Shown here piece after piece: positions 16,198 through 27,600 of a DNA stretch of 30,621 bases (position 1 is the first letter of the stretch; each line of letters starts with the position of its first letter). The position numbers and the translations under genes were made by a program. The DNA is from a virus (lineage: Duplodnaviria; Caudoviricetes): positions 1-30,621 of IMG/VR virus record IMGVR_UViG_3300051213_000997, one strand, 5' to 3'. The notes beneath the pieces are model-generated. The model was not told the origin of the DNA, made no database searches, and worked only from the letters and a program-made list of their open reading frames with translations.

Positions 16198-18765
16198 ATG
16201 CTTTCAAATAGCCTGACACAAATTAGCCCCAGCGAATGCATAGGAAATTCGCTTTCCGCTATTAATAGCAACTTTAGTCAAATTGGAACAAAAGTAGATG
16301 CAATTGAAACTACTCTCGGTACCAATGTATCTAAAATAGTTGCAGGCACAAATATAACCGTCTCTCCATCCAGCGGTACTGGAATTGTTACAATAAACAG
16401 CACTATAAACAACAACAGCATTGTCTTAAGCGGAACGAACTTAGGAACAGTTGGAGCTAGTGTATTTAAAGAAAAATCCGGCCAAAATTTAGCATTCAAA
16501 AGAATTATTGGCACTGGAACTAACATTATAGTTACAGAAGATAGCAATACAATTAAAATTGCAGCTTTAGGGGTTAATGGTACAATCGGAGTTGTGCCTC
16601 AAAACATTGGGGATGGTTTAGGTATTGCGGGCATAGGAACAGGACAAGTGTTGCCGTTTAAGTCTCTAAAGGGAGGAACAGGCATACGGCTAGCTGACGG
16701 ATCTTCTGCTATAACTATTTTAGCGGACCTCTCTGGAAAAAACGTAGGAACAGGAGCCACTTTATATAAAACAGTAACAGGAAACAGCCTTTTATTTAAA
16801 TCGTTAGTTAACGGAACTCCAAACGTCTCCATCCAAAACAGAACAGATGATGTTGTCATTAGTGTTAATGAAACGACAACAGGACTTGCTATAGGACAAG
16901 GAGCAAGCGTCTTCAAAGACAAGCAGGCAAATGGATTATTATTTAGGTCATTGCTTAGTTCGACTCCCAACGTTGTTATTACAGAAAGAGCGCAAGACAT
17001 TACTATTGGCGTTAATGAGGCAACAACTGGAAAAAATATTGGAGAAGGAGAAGGATTAATATTTGCTCAAAAGAGTGGAAATTCCATTCAGTTTAAAACT
17101 CTTAAAAAAGGCAACAATATTCAAATCACAGACAACGGACAAGAAATCCGATTGGATGCAACACTTCAAGGATCTGGTGGAGGAGAAGTTAATGAAGGCA
17201 GAAACGTCGGCACAGGAGCTCCTGTATATAAGGCAAAAGACGGAATTGATCTCGTGTTTCGCACTCTTAGTGCTGGTCCTGGAATTACAATTAACGAAAG
17301 TTCAAATGTTTTAACGATAAGTGCCATTCCGCCTATTATGGGAAGAGGAGATGTACTTGGAGCAGATAATTTAGGTCAAACTACTAACTCCGTAGGATTT
17401 TATACAGGAGTAAAAACGTCAAATGGAATTTTAAATTTTAAGAGTCTTAGCGGAGGACCCGGAATTGCAATCAAAAATTCCTCAACAAACGTTTCCGTCC
17501 AACTTTCCGGAGTGGTTGTGGACGGAATAAACAGCATATTTGGCATAGGAGAAGGAGAACTATACAAAGGAAAGTCAGACAGTGACACTTTAGAATACAG
17601 AAAGCTTAAAGCAGGAGCTGGAATGCAAATAGTTACTGGTACACATGATGTAATTATTTCTTCTACTGTTCAAGCGAGTTTAGATGCATTGGCTACGTCG
17701 TTTAAAAACAAAGTTATTAATGGTAATTTTGACGTTTGGCAATGGGCTAATAGATCAACAATCAATCCGACGACTGGAATAGTCTCTCATTTTGCTGACT
17801 TAAGCGCAACCGATAGAAGCAGTATTAAATCAAATTATTTAGCTGATAGATGGGCATTTTATGCAGGCAAGCCAACAACTGGTGGATCCGGAGATCAATA
17901 TGCCACATTTGTAAAACAAATTGCTTCTACAAATGAGACATTAGCTATACCGTCAAGGCCTGCTTTTTACGGCAGAATTGCGTTGAATCAGAGAGCAAAT
18001 GGAATTCCAGGTGTTCAGGTTGTGCCTACAGCTCTCATGCATCGTATTGAGAATGTTTTGATGCTTGGAGGCAAAACGGTAACTTTATCTTTTTATGCTA
18101 AATCTAATAATACTGGATCGAGTAAACTTCCATTGTATTTAAATCAATATTACAAAGCTTCATTTCCTCAGTACAACACGTATTATAAAGACACTCCAAT
18201 AGCTGAGTTTGAAATTAATGAAGCGTGGCAGCGATACAATGTTACATTTACTGTACCTCCTATTAGAAGATCAATTATGTCCGCAGCGTGGGGCACATTT
18301 ATTCAAAATTTAGAACAAGTAGCGAGAGAGTCGTTTACACAGCTTGTCTTCGAAATTCCTGGCACCGAAGGCAGATATTTGGATATAACTGCTGTGCAAC
18401 TTGAGGAAGGAACAATTCCAACTACATTTGAACCGAGACCATACACGGTTGAACTACAGCTGTGTCAGCGTTACTTTGAAAACGGAACAAGTTTAATCTC
18501 TCAAGTAGGAATTGCTGAACCTAGCAACAAAACTGAAATTCCATTTAAAGTTACTAAGCGCATTGCTCCTTTAATGAGAACCGATAACCGTACAGTAATA
18601 CTGAAAAACACAGGAACAAACGGAGAGCCAAACATTTCTAATCACGTTGTGTCCGAAGACACTTCAATCACGCATTTGAGAACAATTTACACAGCAACAG
18701 GAAACGGTATTATTACTCGACCTTATGTGTACAATTGGGCAGCTGATGCAGAATTTTTCATATGA
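16198..18765 (+). CDS. Tail fibre (855 aa): N-terminal anchor, about 8 shaft repeats, C-terminal carbohydrate-binding-like head
   Basis: SECIGNSLSAINSNF anchor; KIVAGTNITVSPSSGTGIVTINS; repeats G.N.G.G...K...G..L.F(K/R)SL..G..I; head NKVINGNFDVWQ...ADRW...TVTLSFYAK...VQLEEGTIPTTFEPRP..ELQLCQRYF; a chaperone gene follows. Confidence 0.88.
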   Translation: MLSNSLTQISPSECIGNSLSAINSNFSQIGTKVDAIETTLGTNVSKIVAGTNITVSPSSGTGIVTINSTINNNSIVLSGTNLGTVGASVFKEKSGQNLAFKRIIGTGTNIIVTEDSNTIKIAALGVNGTIGVVPQNIGDGLGIAGIGTGQVLPFKSLKGGTGIRLADGSSAITILADLSGKNVGTGATLYKTVTGNSLLFKSLVNGTPNVSIQNRTDDVVISVNETTTGLAIGQGASVFKDKQANGLLFRSLLSSTPNVVITERAQDITIGVNEATTGKNIGEGEGLIFAQKSGNSIQFKTLKKGNNIQITDNGQEIRLDATLQGSGGGEVNEGRNVGTGAPVYKAKDGIDLVFRTLSAGPGITINESSNVLTISAIPPIMGRGDVLGADNLGQTTNSVGFYTGVKTSNGILNFKSLSGGPGIAIKNSSTNVSVQLSGVVVDGINSIFGIGEGELYKGKSDSDTLEYRKLKAGAGMQIVTGTHDVIISSTVQASLDALATSFKNKVINGNFDVWQWANRSTINPTTGIVSHFADLSATDRSSIKSNYLADRWAFYAGKPTTGGSGDQYATFVKQIASTNETLAIPSRPAFYGRIALNQRANGIPGVQVVPTALMHRIENVLMLGGKTVTLSFYAKSNNTGSSKLPLYLNQYYKASFPQYNTYYKDTPIAEFEINEAWQRYNVTFTVPPIRRSIMSAAWGTFIQNLEQVARESFTQLVFEIPGTEGRYLDITAVQLEEGTIPTTFEPRPYTVELQLCQRYFENGTSLISQVGIAEPSNKTEIPFKVTKRIAPLMRTDNRTVILKNTGTNGEPNISNHVVSEDTSITHLRTIYTATGNGIITRPYVYNWAADAEFFI

Positions 18766-19094
18766 AAACTTACTACGAACTTGAAAACGGCATTGATACA
18801 GGGGAGCACTTTGTACATAAAACGCATCCTTACTATGAGTTTTTGCTCGAAGAAATTAGAAATAATACAGCTCAACTTTTACAAAAAGAACCGGAACCAG
18901 TTGCTCCGCAAACGTGGGAATCAGTAAGGAGCAAGAGAGATCAGTTGTTGAAGGATTCTGACTGGGCTGCGTTGCCTGATGCTGCTCTTGCAAATAAAAA
19001 CGCTTGGCTGACATACAGGTCTGTACTAAGACAAATACCTCAAGTATATACTAATCCTAACAAGATTCTTTGGCCTATTAAGCCTTCAAGTTAA
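18762..19094 (+). CDS. Tail fibre assembly chaperone (110 aa)
   Basis: W..VRSKRDQLLKDSDW..LPD...AWLTYRSVLRQIPQ...WP..P motif; ATGA overlap with the fibre gene. Confidence 0.88.
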   Translation: MKTYYELENGIDTGEHFVHKTHPYYEFLLEEIRNNTAQLLQKEPEPVAPQTWESVRSKRDQLLKDSDWAALPDAALANKNAWLTYRSVLRQIPQVYTNPNKILWPIKPSS

Positions 19095-19625
19095 TTAGAT
19101 TGGCTCACAGGCACTGTTAAATGTTCCTCTAATCGATCCTGGGTCTCCAGTTGGAGTATTGCCTGTCACAGCTATTGCTTTTCTCTTTTGAGAGCCGCTT
19201 GTTATATAGAATTCCACATCGACGTCCATGTCAGGATGGTTTACTATTTCGTCTGCCCAAATCTGAGTTGCGTCGCAAAGAGAAGTTCCTCCTGGAAAGA
19301 ATGTCTCTTCGATACTATCTAACGCAAACGTAATTATGCCAGCTGGAGTTGGTGTAGGAACTACTGGAGTTGTAGTTGGTTCAATCGGGGTTGAGGTCGG
19401 AATTACAGGAGTTGGTGTAGGAACTACAGGAGTTGATGTTGGAACTACTGGAGTTGAAGTTGGAGGAATTTCCGTTTTAAGGGCAAAATATTCGCTTAGA
19501 TAATTCTTGAGATCATTTACTGTAAAACGTATTTCTGAAGTACCGTCTGAATTATATCCTACGATGAAATCTCCATCATCTAAAGAGGGCTTTAATTCGA
19601 AATCTGGAAATTTAATATTTGCCAT
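19095..19625 (-). CDS. PT-stalk fibre/decoration protein (176 aa)
   Basis: N-terminal MANIKFPDF...DFIVGY...EIRFTVNDL anchor-type motif, six PT heptads, small tip domain with 2 Cys; ATAAATA at 19631-19637, 5 nt upstream. Confidence 0.8.
   Translation of the reverse strand: MANIKFPDFELKPSLDDGDFIVGYNSDGTSEIRFTVNDLKNYLSEYFALKTEIPPTSTPVVPTSTPVVPTPTPVIPTSTPIEPTTTPVVPTPTPAGIITFALDSIEETFFPGGTSLCDATQIWADEIVNHPDMDVDVEFYITSGSQKRKAIAVTGNTPTGDPGSIRGTFNSACEPI
19338..19463 (-). repeat. Degenerate 21-bp tandem repeat x6 encoding PT(S/P/T)TPxx heptads
   Basis: [42 protein letters not shown]; GGAGTTGGTGTAGGAACTAC occurs twice on the + strand. Confidence 0.85.
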
Positions 19626-19636
19626 GAGTATATTTA

Positions 19637-22600
19637 TTATTGTTGAATAGGAATTATAGAGTTTCCTGTAATTGTGATTAAATTGTTTCCTGTTATTGTT
19701 TGAATTTTGTCAAACAAGTCAACGTTAGCTGAATTAAACGTTAACGGAAATTGATTTGAGCCTGCTGAATTTGAAACTTTGCAAATAACAGTCTGATAAC
19801 CCGATAATTCCAATGTTCCTGTAATTCTTATATTGTAATCATCAAGTACAAAAGCGCTCAGAGAGTCGTTGTCAATAAATATTTCATTTACTACTTCGGT
19901 TGAGCTCAACGTTACAGCAAACGAACTAAGAGCGTTCACGTTGTTTACTGTTTCAAAGTTTATCAAATACGGAGCAGAAGCTAACGCAAAAGTTTTATAA
20001 ATTTTAATATCTGCTATTGTGAAATACTGCCTTTGATCAATTAAAACGTCCACAATAAACGGAGTATTGTTTGTTTGAGTGCCAGCAATTGTTAGTAAAT
20101 ATTGATGTAGGTTTTTATTGTATGTCAGTAGTCCTTGTTGCAAGGTTTTGACTGACAAAGAACTCAACGAACGAGTCAACATCCCTTCTTCGTTTTCATC
20201 TGTCGGAAATTGTCTTATTAACGAATTGGTTGTTGTGTTTAGTTCATATAGTTCAGGAAGTATTTGACTCGATGATAAATTAGTAAATGAACAAATTATT
20301 TTGTTTTTTTCTGGAAAGTACCATGTTTGATTTGCAATTGTTGTTAGTCCGGAAAGTTCGTTTGCAATTGTTATAAACTTGATGTCGTCTAAACTGCTTT
20401 GTATTTCATCTGCATCGTAATCATATGTTACTTTAGCAAAAACAATTGCACCAGAGGTTTCAAACATAAGAGTGTCTCCAAAACATTCTATGTTCTTTAT
20501 ACCGTTACCTGTTAGCTCATTGTAAACACTCAATGAAAGATCTTTAACTGGAGAATAAATTGCGGATAAACAGACGTACGACGGAGATAGTAATTGGTTG
20601 GGCTTTCTTACCCACATCTCTCCATAAGTGCTGCTAAGAGATTCTTTAAATAAACCGTACTCTGTACCATATACATCATGCGCCCAATTATTCAATACCT
20701 TGCCGCGCTCATTGCTAATTTGACTACTTGTCCAAGCAGGCACACTACGCAAACCAGTAAAACTAACAGGGCTGTTAACGGTATCGGTCCACTCTTGTTG
20801 ATCAGTTCCTCCCCAAGGAGATTTTCTATCATTCGTTTGGTTCAGACCAAATTGTTTGTTTTCATTAGAAGCTTGATAAGGAACAAATGTTTGTAAGGTT
20901 TTAGACAAGTTCTTTTTAACTGCTCCAACTAAATTGTTCGTTGTAGGAGGTTCTTTTAGCCATCTGTTATCTTCTGACCATGTATAAATTGTGCTTTGTT
21001 CTATGTTTGTTAATCCTCTTCCTCCAATGTGAACAGTTGTGTCGTCTGTAAATATAGAGAAACTATTGTTGCTAGATAAAGGAACTGCTGTAAATTGTTT
21101 ATTGATATACTGAGACGCTCCCAACCGTTCTGGAGTAAAGTAACCTCCTACGTCTTTTTTAGTATATAAATTTAAAAGCTGCGGAGCGGTAGCAACCGTT
21201 GGATTAAATCGATTTGATAAAACGCTCCATGGATTGCTCGCTTCCAACGCAACCAACGACGTTGGGTCTTTTGGAGTAATTGGAATGTCTACTGACAAGG
21301 TCCAATCAAAAGTCAGCATTGCATTATAAGCAATTTCAACTGGATGACCGTTGTCGTAATTAGTTAATGTAATAGGAGTAGGATTAAATGTAGCAAATAC
21401 AGCTGGGTTACTATCAAAACCCACAGAATACAACGATGAAAGCGAACCATAAGTTGTAGGCGTTGCTGTAATTTGACACCATTCTGTTTTGCCTATGTAT
21501 GTTTTAAACGTAATTGGTTGGTGCCATGTAAAAGAGCCTCCTTGACGATAATACGAAAAAACGTTTCCATATTCTAAAATAGCGTTGCTTACCTTCGGTG
21601 AGAAATTTGGAAGATAGTCATTAACAAACTCGTTCCCATAACCCCATACATACAATCCTTTGCTCTTAGTATTGCCGTCTTTGCTAAAGTATAAAGTAGC
21701 CCAGTAAGGTCGTCCGCCATATGAGTTATAATCATATGTTTTTGTATTGTAATTCCACCCTCTTAAAGGTTGTTCCAATAAGAATCCACTAGTAGGGGTT
21801 TGAAGCTCAACTGGAAGTAAGATAGGAGAAGTCTTAGGTAATACGAAAATTTTAGGTATCGTTGAGGAATTAAAATAAACATTTTGAGTTAATTGCTCAG
21901 TTCCGGTAGTGCTTATAACAAACGTAGTATTTACTTGAGCTGAGACTTCAACTACATACGTGCCCGTTACTGTTGGAGTAAATGTCGGAGCAATGTCATC
22001 GTAAATGTAAAGAGGAGGACTGTTTGGTATACTTGTGTTTGTAAGCTTCCACCAGTATACTTGAGCAACGTCCGTAAAGCTAATATATTTGCCGGCACTA
22101 AGAAGAGGCAATTGTGTATTTAGCTCACTGGTAACCTGGATTGCAAAAGGAAAATTTAATACAGTTGAGGCATTGTTGCTGCTTAAAGCAATTTGATCAT
22201 AAGTTGTCCACAAGCTGCTTAATTTTGTTGTTTCGTTTTCAACGGTACTGGCTGATAATAAATAATTTGTTACTAATACTGACCGATTCCATTTAATAAA
22301 ATCGCCTGCTGTGAATTTAGTAGTAGACTCCTTGTCTGCAGAAACCCATGTCGAATCTGCAGTTTTTTTTGCTTGTATCCATTTTGTTTGTAGAGCCTGA
22401 GGATATCTGAAGTTTACTGAATACGGAGGATAAGTTGTGTTGTCTCGAGAATCTGATCTATTGAAAATATAAACCTGTCCTGTTTTTAATGAAAACGGTT
22501 GAGATTTTAAATCTCCTGAAACCCACTGTCCGTCTCCCCATGTTTGTTTTGTGTTTGTTTTAAACCACGCAAATTCGTTAGAGTTATCTGGTTTTTTGTT

Positions 22601-24661
22601 GTTGCTATCTGACCATGATCCTAAATCAAATGCATCTAAAGTGCCTGTTTTATCGATCAGTATATAATCTGCTCTTGAGTTATATTTTGTGAACGCTTCT
22701 CCTGGATGGCCGTAAGGTGAATAATAAACTTGTTTGCACGTGCAAGTCGTAGGATCTGTATTTGATTCGGTTTTTAAAAATTCACAATCGCTTGAATGCT
22801 GCACAAACCCAAATACGCTACTCAGAGGAGTGTTGTCTTGTCCGGTCCACACAAACCGTGATGGAGTATTAGGAAAAAATAATCCTGAAAATCCATTTTG
22901 AGCAACATATTGTGTAGCGCTGTTTGACGTTGTAAACGTTTGGCCAGACAACCAACAACATTCTATTGCATTTTCAATCGAATCGTCGTATTTTGCTAAT
23001 TTATAAACCTTCTCTGCTGTTTCAAACGTGCTTCCAGCAACAGCAAAAGGGATATTTAAATCTTGTATTGCAACTGGCTCACAAACGTTTTCAAAATTAT
23101 AATCTTTAAACTGTTCCGGAAAGTCTTCCTGCTGAGACACATACTCGTACGGCCAAACAAGCGTGTAATCTTCATAAAGATCCAAAGAAACAGGAATAGA
23201 TGTTTTTTCAAATTTATACAACCAGGCTCCGTTTTCATCTTTTCCTGGCATCGTGAGAGAATCTAATGGTCTTTCTACGCTAACAAACAATTGATCAGCG
23301 AAATTTGGATTCTTATTAGGGGTTGCACCGTCTTCTGTTAATGTTGTGTTGTTTATTAAGACCGGAACGACTGTGTCATCAGGCAACGTTTGATTCCAAT
23401 ATGCTTTGTGAGTAGCGCTCTTGTACTCTTCTGATAAGAAATCGTATTCATAAGTAGCAGAAAGACTATTGCCAGTCCACTCCACGTCTTCTCCAGAAAG
23501 TCCATAACCAGGATAAGGAAAAATAAAAGAGGTCTTTTCATTGCTTTTAATATGACATTCCAAACTTTCTTTGGCTTCCTCAAACTCTTTAAATCTTAGC
23601 CAAGCTCCTTCAATTGAGCTTCCCTTTTTAACATATATTGTGTCCGCTCCTTCTATCGAAGTAGAGGCTACTCCGTTTGCTGGAACAACTGTGCTTAAAG
23701 GAACAGAATCTAACACATAATCAAGCTTTATTGTATTTTCTGAAAAACCATAAGGATAATAAAATCTATTGTTTCCAGAAACTAAAGATATGGTTGTCTC
23801 AAATTTAGTAGTACTAGCTGAATCAAAAGTAGTAAATAATCTGTTTTCGTTTAAAAACTTTTGAATGTATAGTTTGTATAAATCAGCATCAGTTGTTTCA
23901 AAAATATTGCCTGTGAGAGTGGCTACAAAAGAATCAACGTCTTCGAACGTTGGCACAGACAATGCATCAAACAGCCAACTACTAGAAGATAACGCCAACC
24001 CTTTGGATGAAAATAATTGTGCTGTAGGCTCATGAAGCAAATCTATATACGATGATAAAGAAACGACAGGCGTTTTATCAAAATAAGAAGTGTCATCGTA
24101 ATATTCTTCTAGTTCTACGTTTATTTTTTTAGTTAATGTTTCAGGACTAACTAAACTTTGTTGAATTGGAGGAGGAAGCTCTTCATTTAATGTCGTGAAG
24201 ACATCAAACAATCTATGTTGTATTTCCGTTTCAAGTCCTTGCTTTGAACCAATAAGATTGTATCTAACTTTAGTGTTTTTTAACTTTTTACGAAGTTTAA
24301 GATAATATAAAGCTATTCTTTTAAGCTTTTTTGCAAAGACAGGTATGCTTAATAAAAGCTCGTTGTCATCAGCAAGATTTAATTTATTGTACCAATCATG
24401 TATTTCATCATCATTAAAAAATATTTGTAACTGATTAAGCATGTACAAATATTTTTGGCGTATTAAAAATCTTTTTGATATAGGTTTTTGTTTGTGACGA
24501 ACAAACCAATCTGCAACATATTTGTTATACAACGAAGTGTCGTACCCAGCGTTTCTGTCTTTCCACTCAAGATAAGAATACGGAGCATCAGTATCTACAT
24601 TGAAGTCTGTTTGTTGGTTTGTTAGCGGATCCACGAGTATTATATTATACTTATTTGTCAA
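19637..24661 (-). CDS. Very large virion/baseplate-associated protein (1674 aa)
   Basis: 5-kb ORF downstream of the wedge genes; TTG start overlapping the upstream stop (start uncertain); S/T-rich beta composition; C-terminal TITGN x2. Confidence 0.75.
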   Translation of the reverse strand: MTNKYNIILVDPLTNQQTDFNVDTDAPYSYLEWKDRNAGYDTSLYNKYVADWFVRHKQKPISKRFLIRQKYLYMLNQLQIFFNDDEIHDWYNKLNLADDNELLLSIPVFAKKLKRIALYYLKLRKKLKNTKVRYNLIGSKQGLETEIQHRLFDVFTTLNEELPPPIQQSLVSPETLTKKINVELEEYYDDTSYFDKTPVVSLSSYIDLLHEPTAQLFSSKGLALSSSSWLFDALSVPTFEDVDSFVATLTGNIFETTDADLYKLYIQKFLNENRLFTTFDSASTTKFETTISLVSGNNRFYYPYGFSENTIKLDYVLDSVPLSTVVPANGVASTSIEGADTIYVKKGSSIEGAWLRFKEFEEAKESLECHIKSNEKTSFIFPYPGYGLSGEDVEWTGNSLSATYEYDFLSEEYKSATHKAYWNQTLPDDTVVPVLINNTTLTEDGATPNKNPNFADQLFVSVERPLDSLTMPGKDENGAWLYKFEKTSIPVSLDLYEDYTLVWPYEYVSQQEDFPEQFKDYNFENVCEPVAIQDLNIPFAVAGSTFETAEKVYKLAKYDDSIENAIECCWLSGQTFTTSNSATQYVAQNGFSGLFFPNTPSRFVWTGQDNTPLSSVFGFVQHSSDCEFLKTESNTDPTTCTCKQVYYSPYGHPGEAFTKYNSRADYILIDKTGTLDAFDLGSWSDSNNKKPDNSNEFAWFKTNTKQTWGDGQWVSGDLKSQPFSLKTGQVYIFNRSDSRDNTTYPPYSVNFRYPQALQTKWIQAKKTADSTWVSADKESTTKFTAGDFIKWNRSVLVTNYLLSASTVENETTKLSSLWTTYDQIALSSNNASTVLNFPFAIQVTSELNTQLPLLSAGKYISFTDVAQVYWWKLTNTSIPNSPPLYIYDDIAPTFTPTVTGTYVVEVSAQVNTTFVISTTGTEQLTQNVYFNSSTIPKIFVLPKTSPILLPVELQTPTSGFLLEQPLRGWNYNTKTYDYNSYGGRPYWATLYFSKDGNTKSKGLYVWGYGNEFVNDYLPNFSPKVSNAILEYGNVFSYYRQGGSFTWHQPITFKTYIGKTEWCQITATPTTYGSLSSLYSVGFDSNPAVFATFNPTPITLTNYDNGHPVEIAYNAMLTFDWTLSVDIPITPKDPTSLVALEASNPWSVLSNRFNPTVATAPQLLNLYTKKDVGGYFTPERLGASQYINKQFTAVPLSSNNSFSIFTDDTTVHIGGRGLTNIEQSTIYTWSEDNRWLKEPPTTNNLVGAVKKNLSKTLQTFVPYQASNENKQFGLNQTNDRKSPWGGTDQQEWTDTVNSPVSFTGLRSVPAWTSSQISNERGKVLNNWAHDVYGTEYGLFKESLSSTYGEMWVRKPNQLLSPSYVCLSAIYSPVKDLSLSVYNELTGNGIKNIECFGDTLMFETSGAIVFAKVTYDYDADEIQSSLDDIKFITIANELSGLTTIANQTWYFPEKNKIICSFTNLSSSQILPELYELNTTTNSLIRQFPTDENEEGMLTRSLSSLSVKTLQQGLLTYNKNLHQYLLTIAGTQTNNTPFIVDVLIDQRQYFTIADIKIYKTFALASAPYLINFETVNNVNALSSFAVTLSSTEVVNEIFIDNDSLSAFVLDDYNIRITGTLELSGYQTVICKVSNSAGSNQFPLTFNSANVDLFDKIQTITGNNLITITGNSIIPIQQ

Positions 24662-27600
24662 ACAGACGTTTGGTAAGCAAATTGTTGAAATACAAATCTA
24701 TGATTTCGTCGTCTCCATACCAAATTTCATCTGAAGACAACGTACGAGAAAGAGTGGTATAAGGAGAGCTCCAATCAATAACATTGGAATTATACCCTAA
24801 TACTTGAGGAGAATACTCAAAAAAGTAATAATTGTCATGCAACGGCTGTCTTAATCCTTCTATTTGAAGTCCTGAAAGAGGATATACCAGATCTTGAGCT
24901 GACGTACGAGTCGTGAAAATTAATTGATAAAAGTCGCTTCTTCTATCTTTAGCGTAAATATATTGGCCAGCTGATATGCTGTCAGTCAAGTTAATTAGAG
25001 GTCCTATCGTGTTTGCAAATTCTGGATCCATTTTTTCGGTACCCATTAAATGCTTGCGGGGAATAGAAAATAAGCTAAGATAGTAATTTACTTCTCCTGG
25101 AAAATCTACACCGTAGTTTCGAGTTGGAACGCTTAACTGTTCAGCTAAAGAATGCAATTGAGAAAGTTCTGCTGTATCTGGATCGGAGTGATTTGTAACA
25201 AAGTTTGCAATGCGTTCGTATGTATTTTTTCCTAAATCTTGTTTGCCTGGTACTCCGTCTCCAACTACAGCTGGCATCAGAACATCAAAGAAATTAGTAT
25301 TTTGCTGTAAAATTTCAGGTAAAGCTAATGATTTAAAATACGATGCACAATTAAAGTCGTCATTTGTTTTTGCTATAGTAAATGCGGTATTTAAATCTCT
25401 TACAACAAACGGGGTAGATGAACCTTGTATCGTGGTTGTAAAGAAATCCGTTGCATATTTTTGATACCACTTATTTCCTGTCCAATCTCCGTTCGCTTGA
25501 GCTGATCTGACATACGGAGTAGATATTTCAGTCGTATAATCTTTGTTGGTTTCAATTATATAATTCTTTGTTGCTTGTGGAGCAACTCCAAAGACATTGA
25601 ATTCGTACGGAGTTTTTGTTGAAAAAACGCCTATTTTGTTGTTTTCTGAATCTATAATCCAAACGCGATCAAACACATCTACTGCTAATCCTCCCCATAT
25701 TTCATCAGACGTTTTAAGCTCGTTAATATAAAATAATGAGAAATTACTTAAAATTGGATAAGTGGTTGAAACAAGAGTTTTGGTTTTAGACAAAGTGTTT
25801 ATTTCCCACGAACTAATTGAAGCTGTTTTGGTATTAATGTTGCTACATAAATTAATTCCATTTAATACCCATATGTTATTAGATCTGTCTACAGCAATGT
25901 AAGATGGCTTTGGAACACTTAAAGAGCTTAGCAATTTGCCATTTGTGTCAAAGCACTGCACTTTATTACCTTCGTACAACGTAACCCAAACATTATTATT
26001 CTTATCAATAGTTAAACTAGAAGGAACTGAATTGTAGTCAAATGCATAAGAAGTTAGTAGCACTCCAGCAGAACTGTATTTGACTAGAAGACCACTTAAA
26101 GGATGAGAATAACATGCCCACACGTTATTATTCCTGTCTGTTTCAACTACTGATGGTTCTACAGTTGAATTGCCTTCTTCGTCAATTAAATCATAAGCAC
26201 TTAATACAGGGGTTGCTGAAGCTAAGACCGTAGTTAAATCAGCATTGTATTTTATAATAGTAGAACTATTATAAAGCGATACCCAAACATTAAAATCTTT
26301 ATCAATTGAAATGTAAGACGGAGTGTCATATAGTCTGTTTGTGACAGCTGAGATTGCAACGGTATTGATAATTTGTTCTTCAGCGTTTATTGCACATATT
26401 GTGTTTTTATCAATATCAGCTCCGTATAAAATTCTAGTAATCGGATTGTAACTCAAACCGTATATGCTTGATGTCCCTGATACCTCAAAGTACGTGGTGT
26501 CTTTAGTATATAGTTTCGGAACTTCTATGCAATTAATAAACCCGTCAGTTAAAATTCCTTCTTCTTTGTATTTTTTAGCTATAGCACAACTATTGTCGTA
26601 CGAGGCTAGCTGTATTTTGTTGATATTATTTTGATAAGGATGAGCAACAAACGCTAGTGAATCCACAGGATAAGCAATAGGAAACGGAAATTCTCTTTCT
26701 TTTTCAATAGTATGCACCGCGGCCGTACTAGCCATAACAGACGTTGTCTCTCCTTTACTTGAAACAAGAGGAGTTATTGTAGTAAATATATATCCTCCTG
26801 ACGGCAGTCCGTTTTTATCTGTTTTCTGAAAAAATAAAGGTTCGTTGTTTACTACATACTCTGAAGGTTCATAACCCTCCAATTTGATATCTACTGGACT
26901 AAGTTTGCCTTGCTCGTTATTTTTAGGATATGCAAAAAGATTAGTAGGAGATACATTAGTGATGTATTCAAACGTGGACAGCGCGCTCGGATTAAAACTA
27001 CAAGTAATCATAACTGGAATTGGAATTCCGGTCCATTTATGATAATAAATGTCATTAAGATAATTTTCTGTAATTTTTAATTCAGTAGGTATTACGTTTT
27101 TTGTTTGCCATATCGTAGCAGCTTGAACGGTTTCGTTGTTGCTGTAGCTGTAATAAGGATAAATTAACGATTCGGGAGGATATGAAAAATTTTCCGCGCT
27201 CAAAGTAGCTAATAAAATTACAGGGCAATTTTGTTCTTCTGTAATTGTCGGACTGTCGTCAATGTAATAAAACCCAGCTGTTGCAGTCATTGCTACGACT
27301 ATGTTGTTTTTGTACAACGGGCCAGCGTCCTCGAGTAAATACGGACCATCAACAACTTCTTCGTATTTAGCGTCAATAAATCTCCATCTAGAATTTAAAA
27401 AATTCCATTTGTTGTCAGTAGTATCATATGGAACTGACTTTGAATTTATTGAATGCAAAACAATAGACAGCGGTTGATCTATTTTTGCTGAAGTGAGAGA
27501 AACGTAAAAAGGTTCTGTCGAACGCGTTCCTGGAGTATCCCAAGTTTTAGGCAAGTTTGTTATTTCTATTGCATCTCTATAAACGTAATCAACATTTATA

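Noticed and set aside
16278-17588. Minus-strand ORFs inside the tail fibre, and similar short ORFs inside nrdA and the large structural genes
   Set aside because: Fully nested shadows of long, motif-supported genes, with no independent signals
16198-19094. Diversity-generating retroelement or invertible fibre cassette
   Set aside because: No reverse transcriptase, recombinase, TR/VR pair or inverted crossover sites were seen in the window; a remote TR cannot be excluded
19338-19463. CRISPR-like array
   Set aside because: Degenerate in-frame 21-bp coding repeats without unique spacers
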